Shown: piece by piece, positions 23,291 through 36,752 of the stretch | Layout of the letters: each line of letters starts with the position of its first letter | Position numbering within the stretch: the stretch's first letter is position 1 | Source of the DNA: Carcharhinus amblyrhynchos | Lineage: Eukaryota | Reading direction: 5' to 3' | Assembly: GCA_965287045.1 (NCBI GenBank) | Contig: OZ336871.1 | Location: 53,816,001-53,880,000, forward strand | Length of the DNA stretch: 64,000 nt | The notes under the pieces: generated by a model | The model's input: only the letters and a program-made list of their open reading frames with translations | Told to the model about the DNA's origin: nothing | Database searches by the model: none | Program-made: the position numbers and the translations under genes

Positions 23291-26200
23291 GATGATAAAT
23301 ACATGAAGAATAAAAAGGTAGATACTCCATTAGTTTAATAAAGCAACGTTTGGGTATTTACGTGAGTGAATGATTGGAATAAAATACATTTACTAAAATA
23401 AAGTGCTACGGGGAGCACAAAATATCCGAGCTGTGTGTGGATGTCTGAGTGGTGGCGGTAAATGAAAACGCATGGCCAGACTGCAAAAGGCAATATTTTG
23501 CATGTACACAAAACAAGACAAAGCGAAAACCGTTGGCTTCTGCATGTATCAAACGGAACAATTCACACAATTAGAGGCCGTGTCACTAAAACGTTTGAAA
23601 TTTGGTTGACTGTAGATTCGAGTTGATCATAATGCCTCCGTTTGAGGTTACTTTTGCACAGGCGTTTGCACAGTTCATCTTTTTTTGACAATTTGCATCT
23701 CTGATCAATGAAATCGCACTTTCTTCTGAAAGAATTGTCCTTTCAGCAACACCTGATGTTAGGCTGGGCTAAAACGATACTTTCCCCGGGTTCCTTCCTT
23801 GCATTTCCCTTCATAAATAAAACCACAAGGTGCTTTAAACCAATAAGAAAATAACATTTGAAGAAATAGGTAGCAGCAGAATTTTATGGTGAGAAGGAAA
23901 CATCTGTATGACCTTTCTATTGCTTCATGACATAACTCGTTAGAGCAAATAGCAATAATGCCGAAGAACAGTCAGAGCCTTGATTTCTTAATCCGCAAGA
24001 TATTTGAGAGAATACATCCTTTCACCCTAGGTATAAAATTTGTCATTAAACTAAACACCAGAATAAAGTTTATTAAAATACATCACTCTACGTTTCCGAA
24101 TTCAATTTATGGAACAATGAAGTTACAGTTTGAATTTCTATTCGCATTGACCAATTCATGTTTACTTGTTATAATAAGTGCATCATTTCTTGCCAGCCAC
24201 AAGAATATAAATATTCAGATCAAAGGACATTTATAAGACAGATAAGGATATCCATTAATTCCTTGTTTGCCGTTTGCCAGCCGTGATACAAAAGTATTTA
24301 AATAAATGTCAGCCCTCATACTACCCCCGCTAATGCAGCCGATTCGTGTTAACTTGCTTGCTACAGAATGTGTGTTCATTCAGCAGCACCATAATTCACA
24401 TAACTGGACTTCACATTGAAATATCAGTGCATGTGTTTTATGAGTACCTGGCACAATTAAATCTATGGAAAATGGATAAAATGTGAATTATTTAACAATA
24501 TCTAGCACATTGTTAAATGTGCTAAAATCCATAAATATGATTTGTATTATAATATGTGGCACATTATTAAAAGTGTTATTTGATAGATAAATATCAACCA
24601 TGTTATAAATGCATTTGAAATTAATTTGCTGCAATTTGGCGAAAAGTGTGGGGATAAACGGTCTTCCTTCTGTCATATATTACATGATGAGGAATGGTAG
24701 CTAGTGAAGATGCATTAAAAAATCAGAAGTGCAACCGTTATTATTCGGTTAGCATAGGTCGTCACAAAGGGTGATTTTTAATGCAATTTCAGCCACATAA
24801 TTATATATCAGGTACTGTACTAAGTGGAATACAAAGCATTTCGTATCAGGCGAATTCGTCAAGCGTGTTTCGCTAAAGTTGCTTGTTCTGTTTCTTTCTG
24901 GAATATGGCCCAATGCTCCAGTGATGCAGCTGTTTAGAGCAATCATTTTACAATTAAATGCTCCTTTTTTATTCTTTGCAATTTATTTTCTCTCTTTAAC
25001 TCTCTCCTCCCTATTTTTTTCTCTCCCCTTCTATTATTGCAACTTTTCCATATTTCTTACAGGATTTCAATGCTGGAATCATACAACCGCTTGAGAAAAA
25101 GCTGCACAACATTCCTTTAGACTTGTTTTAGAAATGAGAAGTGATATCAGCCTTGGTGATTTAGGAGCTGTTGGTTCCATGCGGCCAGTGATCACCGTTA
25201 TTGAGGCAGAGACGTTGAATCCCAACTATTTGGAATATAAGCATTCTCCGCCGAATAAGGTGCCATGAAATAACGAGATTAAAACGTCTCCCCACCGTTT
25301 CTAGATATTCCCCACATTACCGTTCCTTTCGGGAATCCACCCAAAGTGTCGCCGTTTTCTGGATTCTAATTGTCTAATGATATCGAGGTAATTTCACAAC
25401 ATGAAAGACTGGAGCGAAATTTTGACAAGCCGAATCGGGAATCTTGTTACTTTTGTTTTCTCAATGTACCTTTAACGACTACTTCTTTACCTCCATCAGC
25501 GTTGAATATTCTTGCAGTTTCTACTTCAGTGCTGATTATGTGATAACATCATTGATATCCCAGTGTATCTGTCACTGACTGACATTGAATCGCTTTCTTC
25601 GCGTGATTATTAGCTGGTGGAATTCCTTGTGAGAATCTAATATAAGTGGTGTAGCTTGGTTTTCCCCCTGTATTATAAACATATGGTTTTATTAAAGCTT
25701 GTTTTAGTGAGTCAGTATTTTGAAGGCGAGCATTTTTTTCACGTAATTCTCCCATGTTAATCGTTAAGACCGCGTCCGCAATGTTAGTCTCACAATACAC
25801 ATCAAAGAGGCTTTATATTTAAATATATGCTCACCCCCTCCCCTCCCCCCGCCTCATGACCGGATTAAATACGAAAAAAAGATCATCGGCTGTATTGTTT
25901 TGGATTACGTTTCAATTTCAAATACATTTGAACCTCACTCAACCCGTATCGCATGTAATTCCCCATTCTTGAATTAAGAGAACATTGCCCCTCCCCCCAA
26001 CAAAGTACATGGTTAATTGAAACAAACATTCGGCTGCATACTTAAGTGCTAGGTAGAACCTCTAGCGCCTTCCACTTCCAAAAAAAGTCTTGTGCTATGG
26101 TATGTGTGCTTTACAAATACAAACAGTTTCATATTTAAACGGCCACATTGCGGATTATACTACAAAATGGCAGCAACCAAATGGGCAGCTCTTTTACATA

Positions 26201-29200
26201 CGGGTTAGACACGGCTAAAGGCCAAGGTCAAGTTGAAAGTTGCAGTCTAGCCAATGTGAGTGCTGTCATTCACGCGTTGACGACCCTGTCTGAATTCTTA
26301 TAAAGGCAAGCCGTGAGAATTGACTTTTTCATTGCCGTTTTGTTTGTTTTCTTTTGTTTTCCACTCAGCCCCCCAAATGAAAAAAAAGGTTGCACTGACC
26401 GTACCGTCTTCATTTCCAGCTCTTTCTGCATGGCTGGCAAAAGGATGTGAAATGGATGCAGTCGTTTTAAGATACATTGCAAATTATATAGCATTGCATC
26501 CGGTTTAAATGCACTGTTTACAAAACCTCTTGTTTTGAACTGACTGTTTGCACTGGCGGCCCGTCAATATCTCTGGAAAAGGTAGGGGTATTCTGTCCAG
26601 GATCATATTACGCCAAAGTACTGAGGGACATGATGTGAAGCAAAGTGTTATCTTCAAGAATTGGTTTCAAACTACGTACAGATCAGGACATCACCAATAA
26701 GGAGTATTTGTCCAGAGAGGTACTGTACGCCAATATTCCGGATGTGCTCATGATCTGCAGTATGATAACACAAATAAATCATTCTTAAAATTATTATTGT
26801 CTGCTATTTCGTTCAGTAAGGTCCTATCTATACATATATATGCGTTGAAATGTATTACAGAACATCCATGCTGAAGCAGTCGACCAGTCTAGTTGTGATT
26901 ATTCTGCCCGGCTAGAATTTCTGATAAATATCGCATAGGTGCGCGTTTGTGTGTCTGGAATTAAAACGGTGGCTGGAATAAACCTGCAAACACGTTGAGT
27001 GAGATAAATGCACGATTGTACATATTGGTGACTAATTTGATGCTGCCTAAAACATGTCCAGAGTTATTCTTCAGTGAACGAGAATTTGTATTTTGATACA
27101 TTTATGTGCATCATTATAGGGTTAAAATGTACTAGCTTTTGGAATATCCGAGATCCTGATTTGTCATTTTCACCAAATGGACCCGATTTACGTGGTCCAG
27201 GAAGCATATGTCTTTTAATCCTCCAAATTTTTCGTTATGAGTGGAGATTTGCATGTTAGTCCAATGGAGTATCCTTGAATATATTATCAATTGTGACTCA
27301 TGAGAGCAATACGCTTTTTAAAAAGTTCAACATAACATTGTAATTAAATAACTTAGAAACGGCGCATTAACCGTATAACTGTTAAGACTTGAAATTTTCC
27401 TACACTTTCGTCCAATGGCACCATACAATTCAAATATTTTGTTGTCGGCGTTATAAGTTTGGACTATAGAGTCAAAGAACTGAACTATCTCAAGTACATT
27501 TGTTATTTAACGTCAAAATGCTTCCAGAATCCTTAGCGAAAATGTTACTTAGTTTTATATTGCACTTACCTTCAAATTTGCTGACTAATTTTGTATGATT
27601 GCCAGCCTAATACGTTTGAAAAGGAAATAAACTGCACATATTCCAGGAAATGTGTTTAAACCGATTATTTTATTCATGCATTTCATACTTTCCTTAGTTG
27701 TTCCCTTCATTTGTCAATTAATATTTACCAATGTAAATACTATGTAACAACTTAATGACTAATTTTAATAAATAATTTAATGGCTGTCGTTTTGATTTTT
27801 GATTTCCTATCATACTGGTCATATCATAAGTAATACCACTCATACTCCAAGATCAGCTGACCTTCATTCAAACATTGCGTGCTACAGGTTAAAATGTAAA
27901 ACAATAGCTTAAACAGAACCAACGAAGAAGCTATATGTTCTTACGTTGTTCTATTGCAGATACATTTCTTATGTTAGAATTATTTCTAGGCCATAACCAA
28001 ATTAATCAAAATAAAGCATTTTATTATTGCAATGACCATTTTCGTAAAATAGTCAAATTGCAGCATGTTCACCATTATACCAGTCAAATTTGGAAATGTT
28101 GTACCTTTATTAGATTAACACTAGTATTCCACAAATCAATGAATCAATATGCCCTGCCAAGCATCCCATGTCATTTTCCTGAAATATTTCGAAATTCTAC
28201 CCTCAAGCCTGACTGAGATCTAGCAAAATGATTAATCATCCCCTCTTCCCATGAGCTACTCAACTTACAGTATGACAACATACACATCTGTAAACGTATT
28301 TACACTACAGATAGGATATGGCTTTTATTTTATCTCTTAATTCTGGCACATCTAGCGTACCCCATTGTGAATTCTGCCTCCTGACCCATACCATTGAGCA
28401 ACAGCGTAAGACAGACTTTGTAAGGGTATCATATATCCTTGAGGAACAATGTGTACCTATAAGAATTGGATATCATAGCTGGCTCTATCAATATTTCATA
28501 TGTACTCATATCACGTGAATTGCCAAGCCGTTTCAGAATACAGTGATGATACAATTACTTCGCATATATATTGCATTGGCTTCATTGGTCAATGACACAA
28601 ACCTACAGGAAATATACTAAAAGACGAACTAACTTAGTGTCACACATTTACAAATGTCAGCACATCATCCAAATAAAATTGTGTATGTCCTTTTATTAAA
28701 TACAATTAAAGAACAATGTACTGTACTTGAATTATAGGAAATAACATCATTGAATTGTTGGTACGGATCTGACTAGATTCTTCATTTTGGCGTGAGTTAT
28801 TTACACTTCCGTTTCTATCACCATTCTTACGCACAGTACATATGTATATTTGTTATGCTATTGTTGCAAAAGACAAAAATGCATGAAGTCAAGTGCATTG
28901 CAACAATTGTTCATGAAAGTGTTGCCATATACTTATCACCGACAATATAAAAAAGATTATGAGATTACTAGTGAGATATTTGGAAAAGATTTAAAAAACC
29001 AGTCACTTTTCATCAAAACTCTTTTAACATATTCCAAGAGATCAACTGAAACTATCGTTCCGACTAAAAAGAAAACGCGAAACATTCAATGATGAACCTA
29101 GAAACTTGCAAATTTAAGATTCAATTCAAAATTTGACTCTCATTTCAAATATTTAAAACCAATATATGTTATTACAGACAACGTTGTCGTCCTCAAAAGA

Positions 29201-29369
29201 ATGTTTACACAGTCCCAGCTTCAAAGCCCAATACACGTCATTTCTTCATTTTAGAACGATTTGTAAACATTTGTCAGAAATAGTTACATGTAAAGATAAT
29301 TTAATTATAAGGGTCTGGTTGTAGCTCTGCTAAGTTATTTATTCCAGTTTGCTAGCGGCGAATGGGCCT

Positions 29370-29408
29370 TTATTGTTGTTGATACTGATCTTGAAACCAT
29401 TTTCGTCC
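29370..29408 (-). pseudogene. HOXA14: HoxA14 pseudogene, exon 3 remnant (helix 3)
   Basis: ACG AAA A TGG TTT CAA GAT CAG TAT CAA CAA CAA TAA = (TK-)WFQDQYQQQ*, matching Hox14-type VKIWFQNQRQKEKK. It lies ~70 nt after the exon 2 donor; the acceptor AG is lost. Confidence 0.7.
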
Positions 29409-29477
29409 ATCCAGTGAAAATGCTTATATCTGCGCCCGTCAGGAACTTCTTTTCATTTTGAATATTCTAGCCTTTAC

Positions 29478-29674
29478 CTGTTGTTCTGCTAGCCCCAGTT
29501 TTGCAGAAGTTTTTTTTTATTTTGCTGTTATCGTATTCAAGCGTCAACAAGCAAGTGTTCTCAAAAGCTCTTGAAAGGGTTGTGCAATTTGGAGTTTTCA
29601 ATGATGGGTTCTTTTCTTCCCCTGTGTGTACTGTGCTCGTGGGTGGGCAGACCAGGGTGAACGAGCACTCGGGG
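29478..29674 (-). pseudogene. HOXA14: HoxA14 pseudogene, exon 2 remnant (homeobox up to codon 44)
   Basis: Bounded by acceptor ttacag| (29675) and donor CAG|GTAAAG (29478/29477). Reads TQGKKRTHH*KLQIAQ [frameshift] LSRAFENTCLLTLE [indels] TSAKLGLAEQQ|, matching the Hox14-type pattern I recall (approximately QRKKRxPYSKxQIxELExAFExNRFLTPExRxxISxKLGLTERQ|) with the intron after homeodomain residue 44. Confidence 0.85.
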
Positions 29675-32171
29675 CTGTAAATTAACAATATCGAATTATT
29701 AGATTCGACTATTTTCATTATTATGTTTATTATTTATTATATATGGCCTTACAATATATGAAAAGTGTCCATTGCTTTAACGAAATGTATATAAAGTTCT
29801 ATAGTGATACTACTTAGATTATTGAAGCCCAAAGACATTAAGTCTGCACAGTGAATACAAATAAAAAATTCCAGTACGCATATGAATGCGCAGATGCCAG
29901 TTTTGCGGTAACTTGAATTTACGATCTCAAACCATGAACATTCTGTAAACAACTGCCACCTAAAACTCTATATATGGCTTTAAATTCAAGTAAGACAAGT
30001 ATCTCTTCAAGCCTGCAGCAATAAACACAGGCAAGAAGATGAAATCAAAATTATACGAAGTCACATATACGTTCCTTTCTAAGCGGCAAATATCATCGTT
30101 CATGGCTCGTGGGCATAAACTATTATTAAACCTGAAGATAACCAACGCCAGCCAGAAAACAAGAAAAAACATACTATTGCACTGTAATATAACTGGTGCC
30201 CATATTATCGAAAAACAACCTTTCTTACATTTGCCAAGTTAAATGTCAAATCTAAACACAAAGTTAGTTTATTGTAACGCATTGTGCAGGCTTGTAATTG
30301 CTAAACTTAATTTCACAGTCCCTAAAAAGACACATATCATTTATTTGTTCTCCTTTAATGGCACATGATTTGCACTGACATCATTTTGTGTTACACTCTT
30401 GTAACTATGTTACATATCCCTGCTATGTGCCAAATGATATGTAATATATTTAATACTAGACAATGACTACATACTCAACAAAGATTGTTTTCTGTAGGTG
30501 TTATTTTACACAGTACGATGATAAGTTATGTGTAAGAATTCCAAATCAAGGTATTTTGTGCTTTTTACTGCTTTTTATTTGGAATTTTCATCCACGATAT
30601 TTGATGTATTGCTGTTGCCATACGTGCGTGCGAAAACGATTAGCTAAAATGTATTAGAATAAATACAGGTGCATATTTTCTCAACATCTTTCTATTTTGT
30701 ATAGTAAAATATACTTTAATCAAACTGTACGTTCCACGTTAAAAATCATTAATCTTGGGGGAGGATATTTTGTATACGTTCAATGAATGGGCGATCTATA
30801 TATGAATATTATTCCTTTCAAATCAATTCACCGGGTGCTTAGGAACAATTTACACGATGACACGGAATATTTAAACACACTATCTCTTCTGTGACTGGCT
30901 TTGGTTTTCTGTCTAAACATTTCGAAACAAACATCTGCACATTTTCGTTCACAACTGCCTCTGAAAGTCTTCAATGACTTTTATAAGTTTCAGTGATAAA
31001 GGTAGCATTAAAAAAAGGATGAAGGCTTTATTTTCTCTTTTTCCAGCCTGCGAGTAAGATGTTACTCGCACAGTAACAAACATTTCATCACCCACCCAGT
31101 GAATTGTTTAAAAATTATGTCATACATTAAGTCGTAAAGTGATAATCTGTTAATATTGTTTTGGGTACTTGAGTGGGGGATAGTATCAACATAAAGTTTT
31201 ACTGTCGCTTTTAGATTGAAACGTTTCTTTTTGTCAATTTATGATGCCTAAATACAACACTCTGTCAACATTATACCACACACGATCTTCATCGTGAACT
31301 GGGTTCTCCGTACGTTATGGAGGTAGACTGAAGTGTAATGTTCAGCGGATATTTGACATGAAGTCCTCCATACCTAAAACTAATTCAGGGTATACACGAT
31401 AACTTGCATCAGTCAGTACAGGACTAGAGAAAAATCAACGCATGGTATATTTGAAATTATGCAGAGGAGCAATGAGGCTACGAGAAAGGGCATATTTATT
31501 GCATGGTTTTTCTTGGTCGTTTTACGGATATGGAATGCTTTTCGAATCATTTAGTAACAATAATCTAGCCTCTATATATTTCAGCAAAATATCACCAGTC
31601 ATTTTGTTTAGTAATATAGTTCATTATCTCTGTCGAATCTTTCTAGCTCGATCTTAGCCTGATTACCAATGTGAGAAATTGATCAGAAATTAATCCCAGT
31701 CACTCGGTCTGCCAGCAAACACCACCCTCCCCCCTCCCTCCCCCGCCCCCGCCCCGCCACCCAACCAGACCTAAGGAAGGGGGTTATTAATTACTTCTTC
31801 GTTCCGAGTGAAGAATGAGTAATGGTAACGGGTTATCCTCAGGTCTGGTTCATTAGTATCAGTCTTAGTTTGACCAGTGAGATTAGAGGGTCGTGAGAAC
31901 CTATAGCTTCCTGATAAGCACGGCGACCCCTGCATGTTCAGCCCAGGCTCGGCTGGACTCGGCTAAGGAGCTTTCCTGAACTATTCAGATGCTGCGAGTA
32001 GCAGCGACTCCACAAGAACGAGACTGAAGAAAACTCGATCATAATCGGGGGCGGGGGGCCGGTGGTGGGGTTGGCGGGGGGATCACTGCTAAACAGTAAA
32101 CGCGCATGGGAACGGATAATGTCTGATACTATTCAGAAGGAGCAAAGTAATGTACATATATTTCACATTAC

Positions 32172-32785
32172 CAAGCAAGATCATTTCTGTATTTGCCATT
32201 GTAGTGGCGCAGTCTTTCCACTAGATGTCTGCAGAGTTACTTGAAGATGTTCAAGAATCCTTCCTGAATTTAGACTTCTGTCTTCAGAGATTGCAGTCAC
32301 GATATGTGGTACTACATTTGGATGTGTCTGGGTAAAGAACGGCTATGTACAGAACTTAAGTTTTTGCCATGCTATCAGAAGCAACTATTGCTGTCACTGG
32401 TTAAATATCCTGCAGCCATGCAAATGTATCATTATATTACAATGTATATGTTTAAATAGGAAGGTAAAACCGTCGTCAGGGTTAATCTTTAATCTGTTCG
32501 AGTCAAGGACACTAAGGCGGCAACCACATTGACATTGCCAGATGCAAAGTGTGATCCGAGATCAGACGTGTTGGCTTGCTTGGAAGTCCAGACGCACGTT
32601 TACCTTTGAACAGAATGGCGAAGTTTACATGACAAGGGTAAAACCGCCTGTGTTGGAGCTGAGTGTATGAAATATGGCTGGACAAATGGATCTGCTCCAG
32701 CTAATTTAACACAGACATGGGAGGTTTGAGGTTTATTGGTCGCTACAATGGGTAATACACCTAGAATTTCTTCAAAGACCTACAT
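32172..32785 (-). pseudogene. Probable decayed HoxA14 exon 1
   Basis: ATG at 32785 is followed immediately by TAG, then long coding-like stretches broken by stops and frameshifts. LPRHIQM/VVPHI resembles PG13-type [13 protein letters not shown]. Ends in donor-like G|GTAATG (32172/32171); size ~610 nt, similar to HoxA13 exon 1. Confidence 0.45.
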
Positions 32786-35700
32786 TAGACTTTTGAACAA
32801 ATATTTAGTCTCCAAGTAATAAAATGCTTAGTGCTGAACAAATGCAGTGTCCTTGGTGCCCCGGTCTAGTTTAAACTTGCTAACGCAGTTATTCTCTCCC
32901 TTTCCTGTACTTTTTATTAACAGTGTTCCGTTGCTCAGTGGCCATCTACTCAAACACATCTCCAGCCTTTAAGTAACAAGCTTTTATCGTGGTCCTCGCG
33001 CCACTTGCGACAGAAAAAAATTAGTAACATCGCTTTCAGATTTATTTCCGTGTAATTATAGCCAGAAAGTGCAATCGCCGCCCGATTAATGTGACTGCAG
33101 CATGATTTAATTTAGGCTTCGTTTTCATTAGTTTTAGTAAAGATAAATTATTGCCGAACTCCTAAGCAAGCAGCACCAAGTTAATCAATAATTCGCTTAA
33201 CCAATAAACAGAATTCAATGTGATTTTTTTGTAGAAATAACTTATGATTTCGTATTTCAAGTTTCTGGCGATGTTGACACAAAGTGAAAACTTCTTTTGT
33301 GGAAATTTATATAACACATTGAAGCTGATTCACTCATTTTATTTCGCGTCCACAATTTTTCTGGATCCGATTGATCCATTGTGTACAAGTTAAACTGTAT
33401 TGCCCTGTACAGTGATGTATATGAAGGGGAGAAGTGGGAGAACAATTCACAGTGAAGTGTAACACGGATCAGCATTAGCTAGGAAGGTTTTGGTATTCGC
33501 TTCTGTTTGTTTCTGGCCCACCGTTTTACTAAATGCCCATTTCGTCGCGTTTTTGATAGACTGTGGGGAATGCCTTGATTAGAAATTCGAAACAAATTGG
33601 TTAAAACATGGGAGCAAGGGCAAATAGACTCGCAGTTAATCGGCTGTGAAGCATTCGGCTATCTCAGGAAGGTGTTTTATTGCCACTAAGAGTGTTATGA
33701 GCAATCAAGAGCAAAGAACAAGATGCTGAGATTATTGATCCTTTCATCATCGATGATATTTCTCACAGCGAACAGTGGAGTTGAGAACCTATCAATATTT
33801 GGGCGCTTTCGCTACTCCAAACCCAGTTCGCCAGTGTTTGCCCCCCCCCCCCCGCCTCACAAATTAATTGCAACAATACATGCGCTGGTTATGGAATGAT
33901 TATTTCAAAATATTTATTTTAATGGCCTGAATATAGCGTTCGCATTTCCGAGAATTTACTAATCCCATCATTTCATGTTACGCTCGTAAAATCTTTAAAC
34001 GAATGGAATTTGTAGTTCAAACGTGTGCTTACTTCCACATTGCCATGCACCCCAGGAAGTCAAAAATCTCTTGAGTGACTGTGTTACCATTACAGACTAT
34101 AAAAATGCAATAAAAGCTATGAATCACTGTTGAGATTAATGTCAGCATATAGCGTAAATGAAAGAGGACCATTTCAGCTCTGTATTTGATCATTGTAGGT
34201 AAGTTACTGTTACATTCTACATATTCCATAGCAATAAGTGGCATTGTCCTTCAGATTTCTCTTTGTGTCCCGCGAAAATAAATGACACATGTATCAAGCA
34301 GAAAAATATACTCCACTGGTTAGAAATCTCCCCTACGTTATAAACTTAATGTCTTTGTGAAATGCTATTATATGAAGCACAAGACCCCCCAATAACAAGT
34401 CTAGCCTTTTCTGATGGCTAAGTTATGGGTTATCCTTAAACGTTTAACTTTTACAATGCAGCTCTAGCATGTGGAGTTTGTGAGGCAGCGAATTTGGTTA
34501 AATCTGTGTGTCTTAATTAGTTTAAACGGAGACGAAAACTAGTTTTAAAAAATCTGGCCTGTCTCTTAACTGTAGAGAACTTTTTGCTCTTAAACAATTC
34601 ACCCGCGTGTCCGGCAATTATAATCATTTTGTTTTCGAGAAGAAGCTCGTGTTTTTGCCTCGACCACCTCTGGAACTGCACCGCGGCTCAAAATGGTCGA
34701 CTCAAAACCCACCTTTCCACTGCTCGCAGCCTGCTGAAATTCGAATGGATTTTGTTAGAAGTTAATTTAAATGGCCTATATGCAGTTCCACTTGGTACCC
34801 AAAGGAGCCACCTGAAGACTATGCTGTAGTCTTCGTTTGCTTAATAATGTTACCTGAATTATTTTAATGATATTTCAATTTGGAAAAGAAATGAGTTTGT
34901 TTCAATATCATTCAGATTCTCATTGCTCTTGCAGTTTTAAGAGGAGTGGCGCGCTTTAGCAACATTAAGGTAACAATTAAACAGTCGGCAAGCTTAAGTT
35001 GCTCATTTCAATCATAATCACAGTAGCTTTATATATACATATAATTTTTTAATGACGAAGGGAATACTGTAAGTTCTGATAAGAGCAATTCAATTGGCAC
35101 AAGGAACATATGTAACACGGGACACGTAGGTTTTGCCAATTGGGTCTTATTCCGATTATTGTTTAGTAATGCGGATCAACGGTAGGGGGAGCACGAAGAC
35201 AGCGAGTGATACCGGGGCAGCGAGGAAGCCTGGAGCAGAGAAGTGGAAAGAGCCTTGGTAGTTTTCCTGAAAACGATACCAACAAACAAAACCTAACGCA
35301 TGGCTCGCCTCTCGTTCTTATTTCTACGTAGCATGATCAGTAGTTTTAGTTAACCTTGAAACTCTACGAACAATTGCATAAACATTACTTTTTAAGTCTC
35401 TCACCCGGATTATTTCAAGGGACTTTCAATGCTCCACAATCCAGTGTAATTCGATAGGCGGGTTATTATAATTGTAGCATTTGTTATAGTTACATTTATG
35501 TCTTATAATTCCCGTGTTCACGCGCTATGTGCCTTTGCTTTGGTGCACAGCGTACAAAGTGATGTATAAATAGCCATGAATAATATAATTAGCAATATAT
35601 TGTCATTTTTTTCAACTGTTGGGAAATGGTTTTTGGCAATGGATATACACAGTTCTTTCAATTACAAAGATCATTTCGTTCGGATGGAATCTCAAAAGAC

Positions 35701-35944
35701 ACCAAACGTGTTTTAATCGCCCCCATTTCACTGTTTATCTGTCGACAGCTGTTACAACAGGGAACTAATTAAGCGTGTACAATTAGTATCGACCCAGAGG
35801 GAGGGAGAGAATAGCCAGGCAATCTCATCTGCAGATACTGAAAGAGTATCAGGGGACGGGGAAGCTGCTCCTCAGCCAATCTCAGAAGCAGCTATTGTAA
35901 GTGGGCCAGATAAGGGGTATTCAGCCAATCTCAAACATGGATAT

Positions 35945-36480
35945 TGTAACAACTTGCTTTCATGAAACACTTCTAACCTAGGGAAAGGTCCTAAGCAGTT
36001 CCAGAGGAGAGCTATCAGATCAACACTAGCGCAGAGGCAAAGAAAGATATGTATTTATCGAAGTCTTGGTGGAAAAGGTAGTTCCACAGTGTCTTAAAGA
36101 AGATGGAGAAGTGGAAATGTAGAGAGAAATTTCAGAACTTGGGCTGTAGACAGCTGGAGGTACAGCCGTCAACAGTGAAGCAAAGAAAGTCGGGGACGCA
36201 CAGAAAGTCCGAATTGGAGGAACGCAGAGTACTCAAATCGTGTAAGGCTGAAGGAGGGTACAGAGATTAGGACAGGTGAGGCTATGGATGGATCTGAATA
36301 AAAAGATGGGAATTTTAAAATTAGAATCAGTGCTGGACCAATGTAGAGCAGCAAGTAGTGGGATAATGAACGAACGGCCGCTGTAAGGTACGGGCAGCAG
36401 AATTTAGGATGAGCTCAACGTTTCTCGGGTTGGGAAGATGGGAGGCTGGTCGGAAGAACATTGGAATACATCAGGAGGCC
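35945..36480 (-). mobile_element. Old L2-type LINE 3' fragment (first recognisable TE 5' of the cluster)
   Basis: Minus strand reads NFKIPIFLFRSIHSLTCPNLCTLLQPY, like the L2 ORF2 C-terminus FKILxLVFKSLHGLAPPYLxxLLQPY. Confidence 0.65.
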
Positions 36481-36606
36481 ATTTGACAGATACATTTTAA
36501 ATTTGAAACAACAGTATTTTTAAGATAAATACATGTAAACTCTGACTGATATCTGTGGCAGTGCGATGCCTTGAATCATTCTGCGCAACGCCGTGAATTA
36601 CATTGA

Positions 36607-36752
36607 TGTCATAGAATCCTACAGTGCAGAAAGAGGCCATTCGGCCCATCAAGTCTGCACTGACCACAATCCCACCCAGGTTCGACCTCATAACCCCAAG
36701 CTTTCACTCTACCTAGACTCCCTGACACTAAGGGGCAATTTAGCATGGCCAT
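36607..36752 (-). mobile_element. HE1-like SINE / CR1-tail fragment
   Basis: CATAGAATCCTACAGTGCAGAAAGAGGCCATTCGGCCCATC...ACTAAGGGGCAATTTAGCATGGCC; same tail as the full-length copy at 50966-51287. Confidence 0.7.

Noticed and set aside
23300-29000. HOTTIP-like lncRNA upstream of HoxA13
   Set aside because: Position fits, but no exon structure or sequence similarity can be shown from the sequence alone.
33480-33530. Minus-strand RNKQKRIP resembling a homeodomain N-terminal arm
   Set aside because: No helix 1-3 similarity follows; the real Hox14 remnant is at 29.4-29.7 kb.
1004-33853. Scattered poly-C/poly-G tracts (e.g. ~1004, 6802, 7791, 10429, 31730, 33841) as a G-quadruplex system
   Set aside because: No regular spacing or strand bias relative to genes; homopolymer lengths are also error-prone in assemblies.
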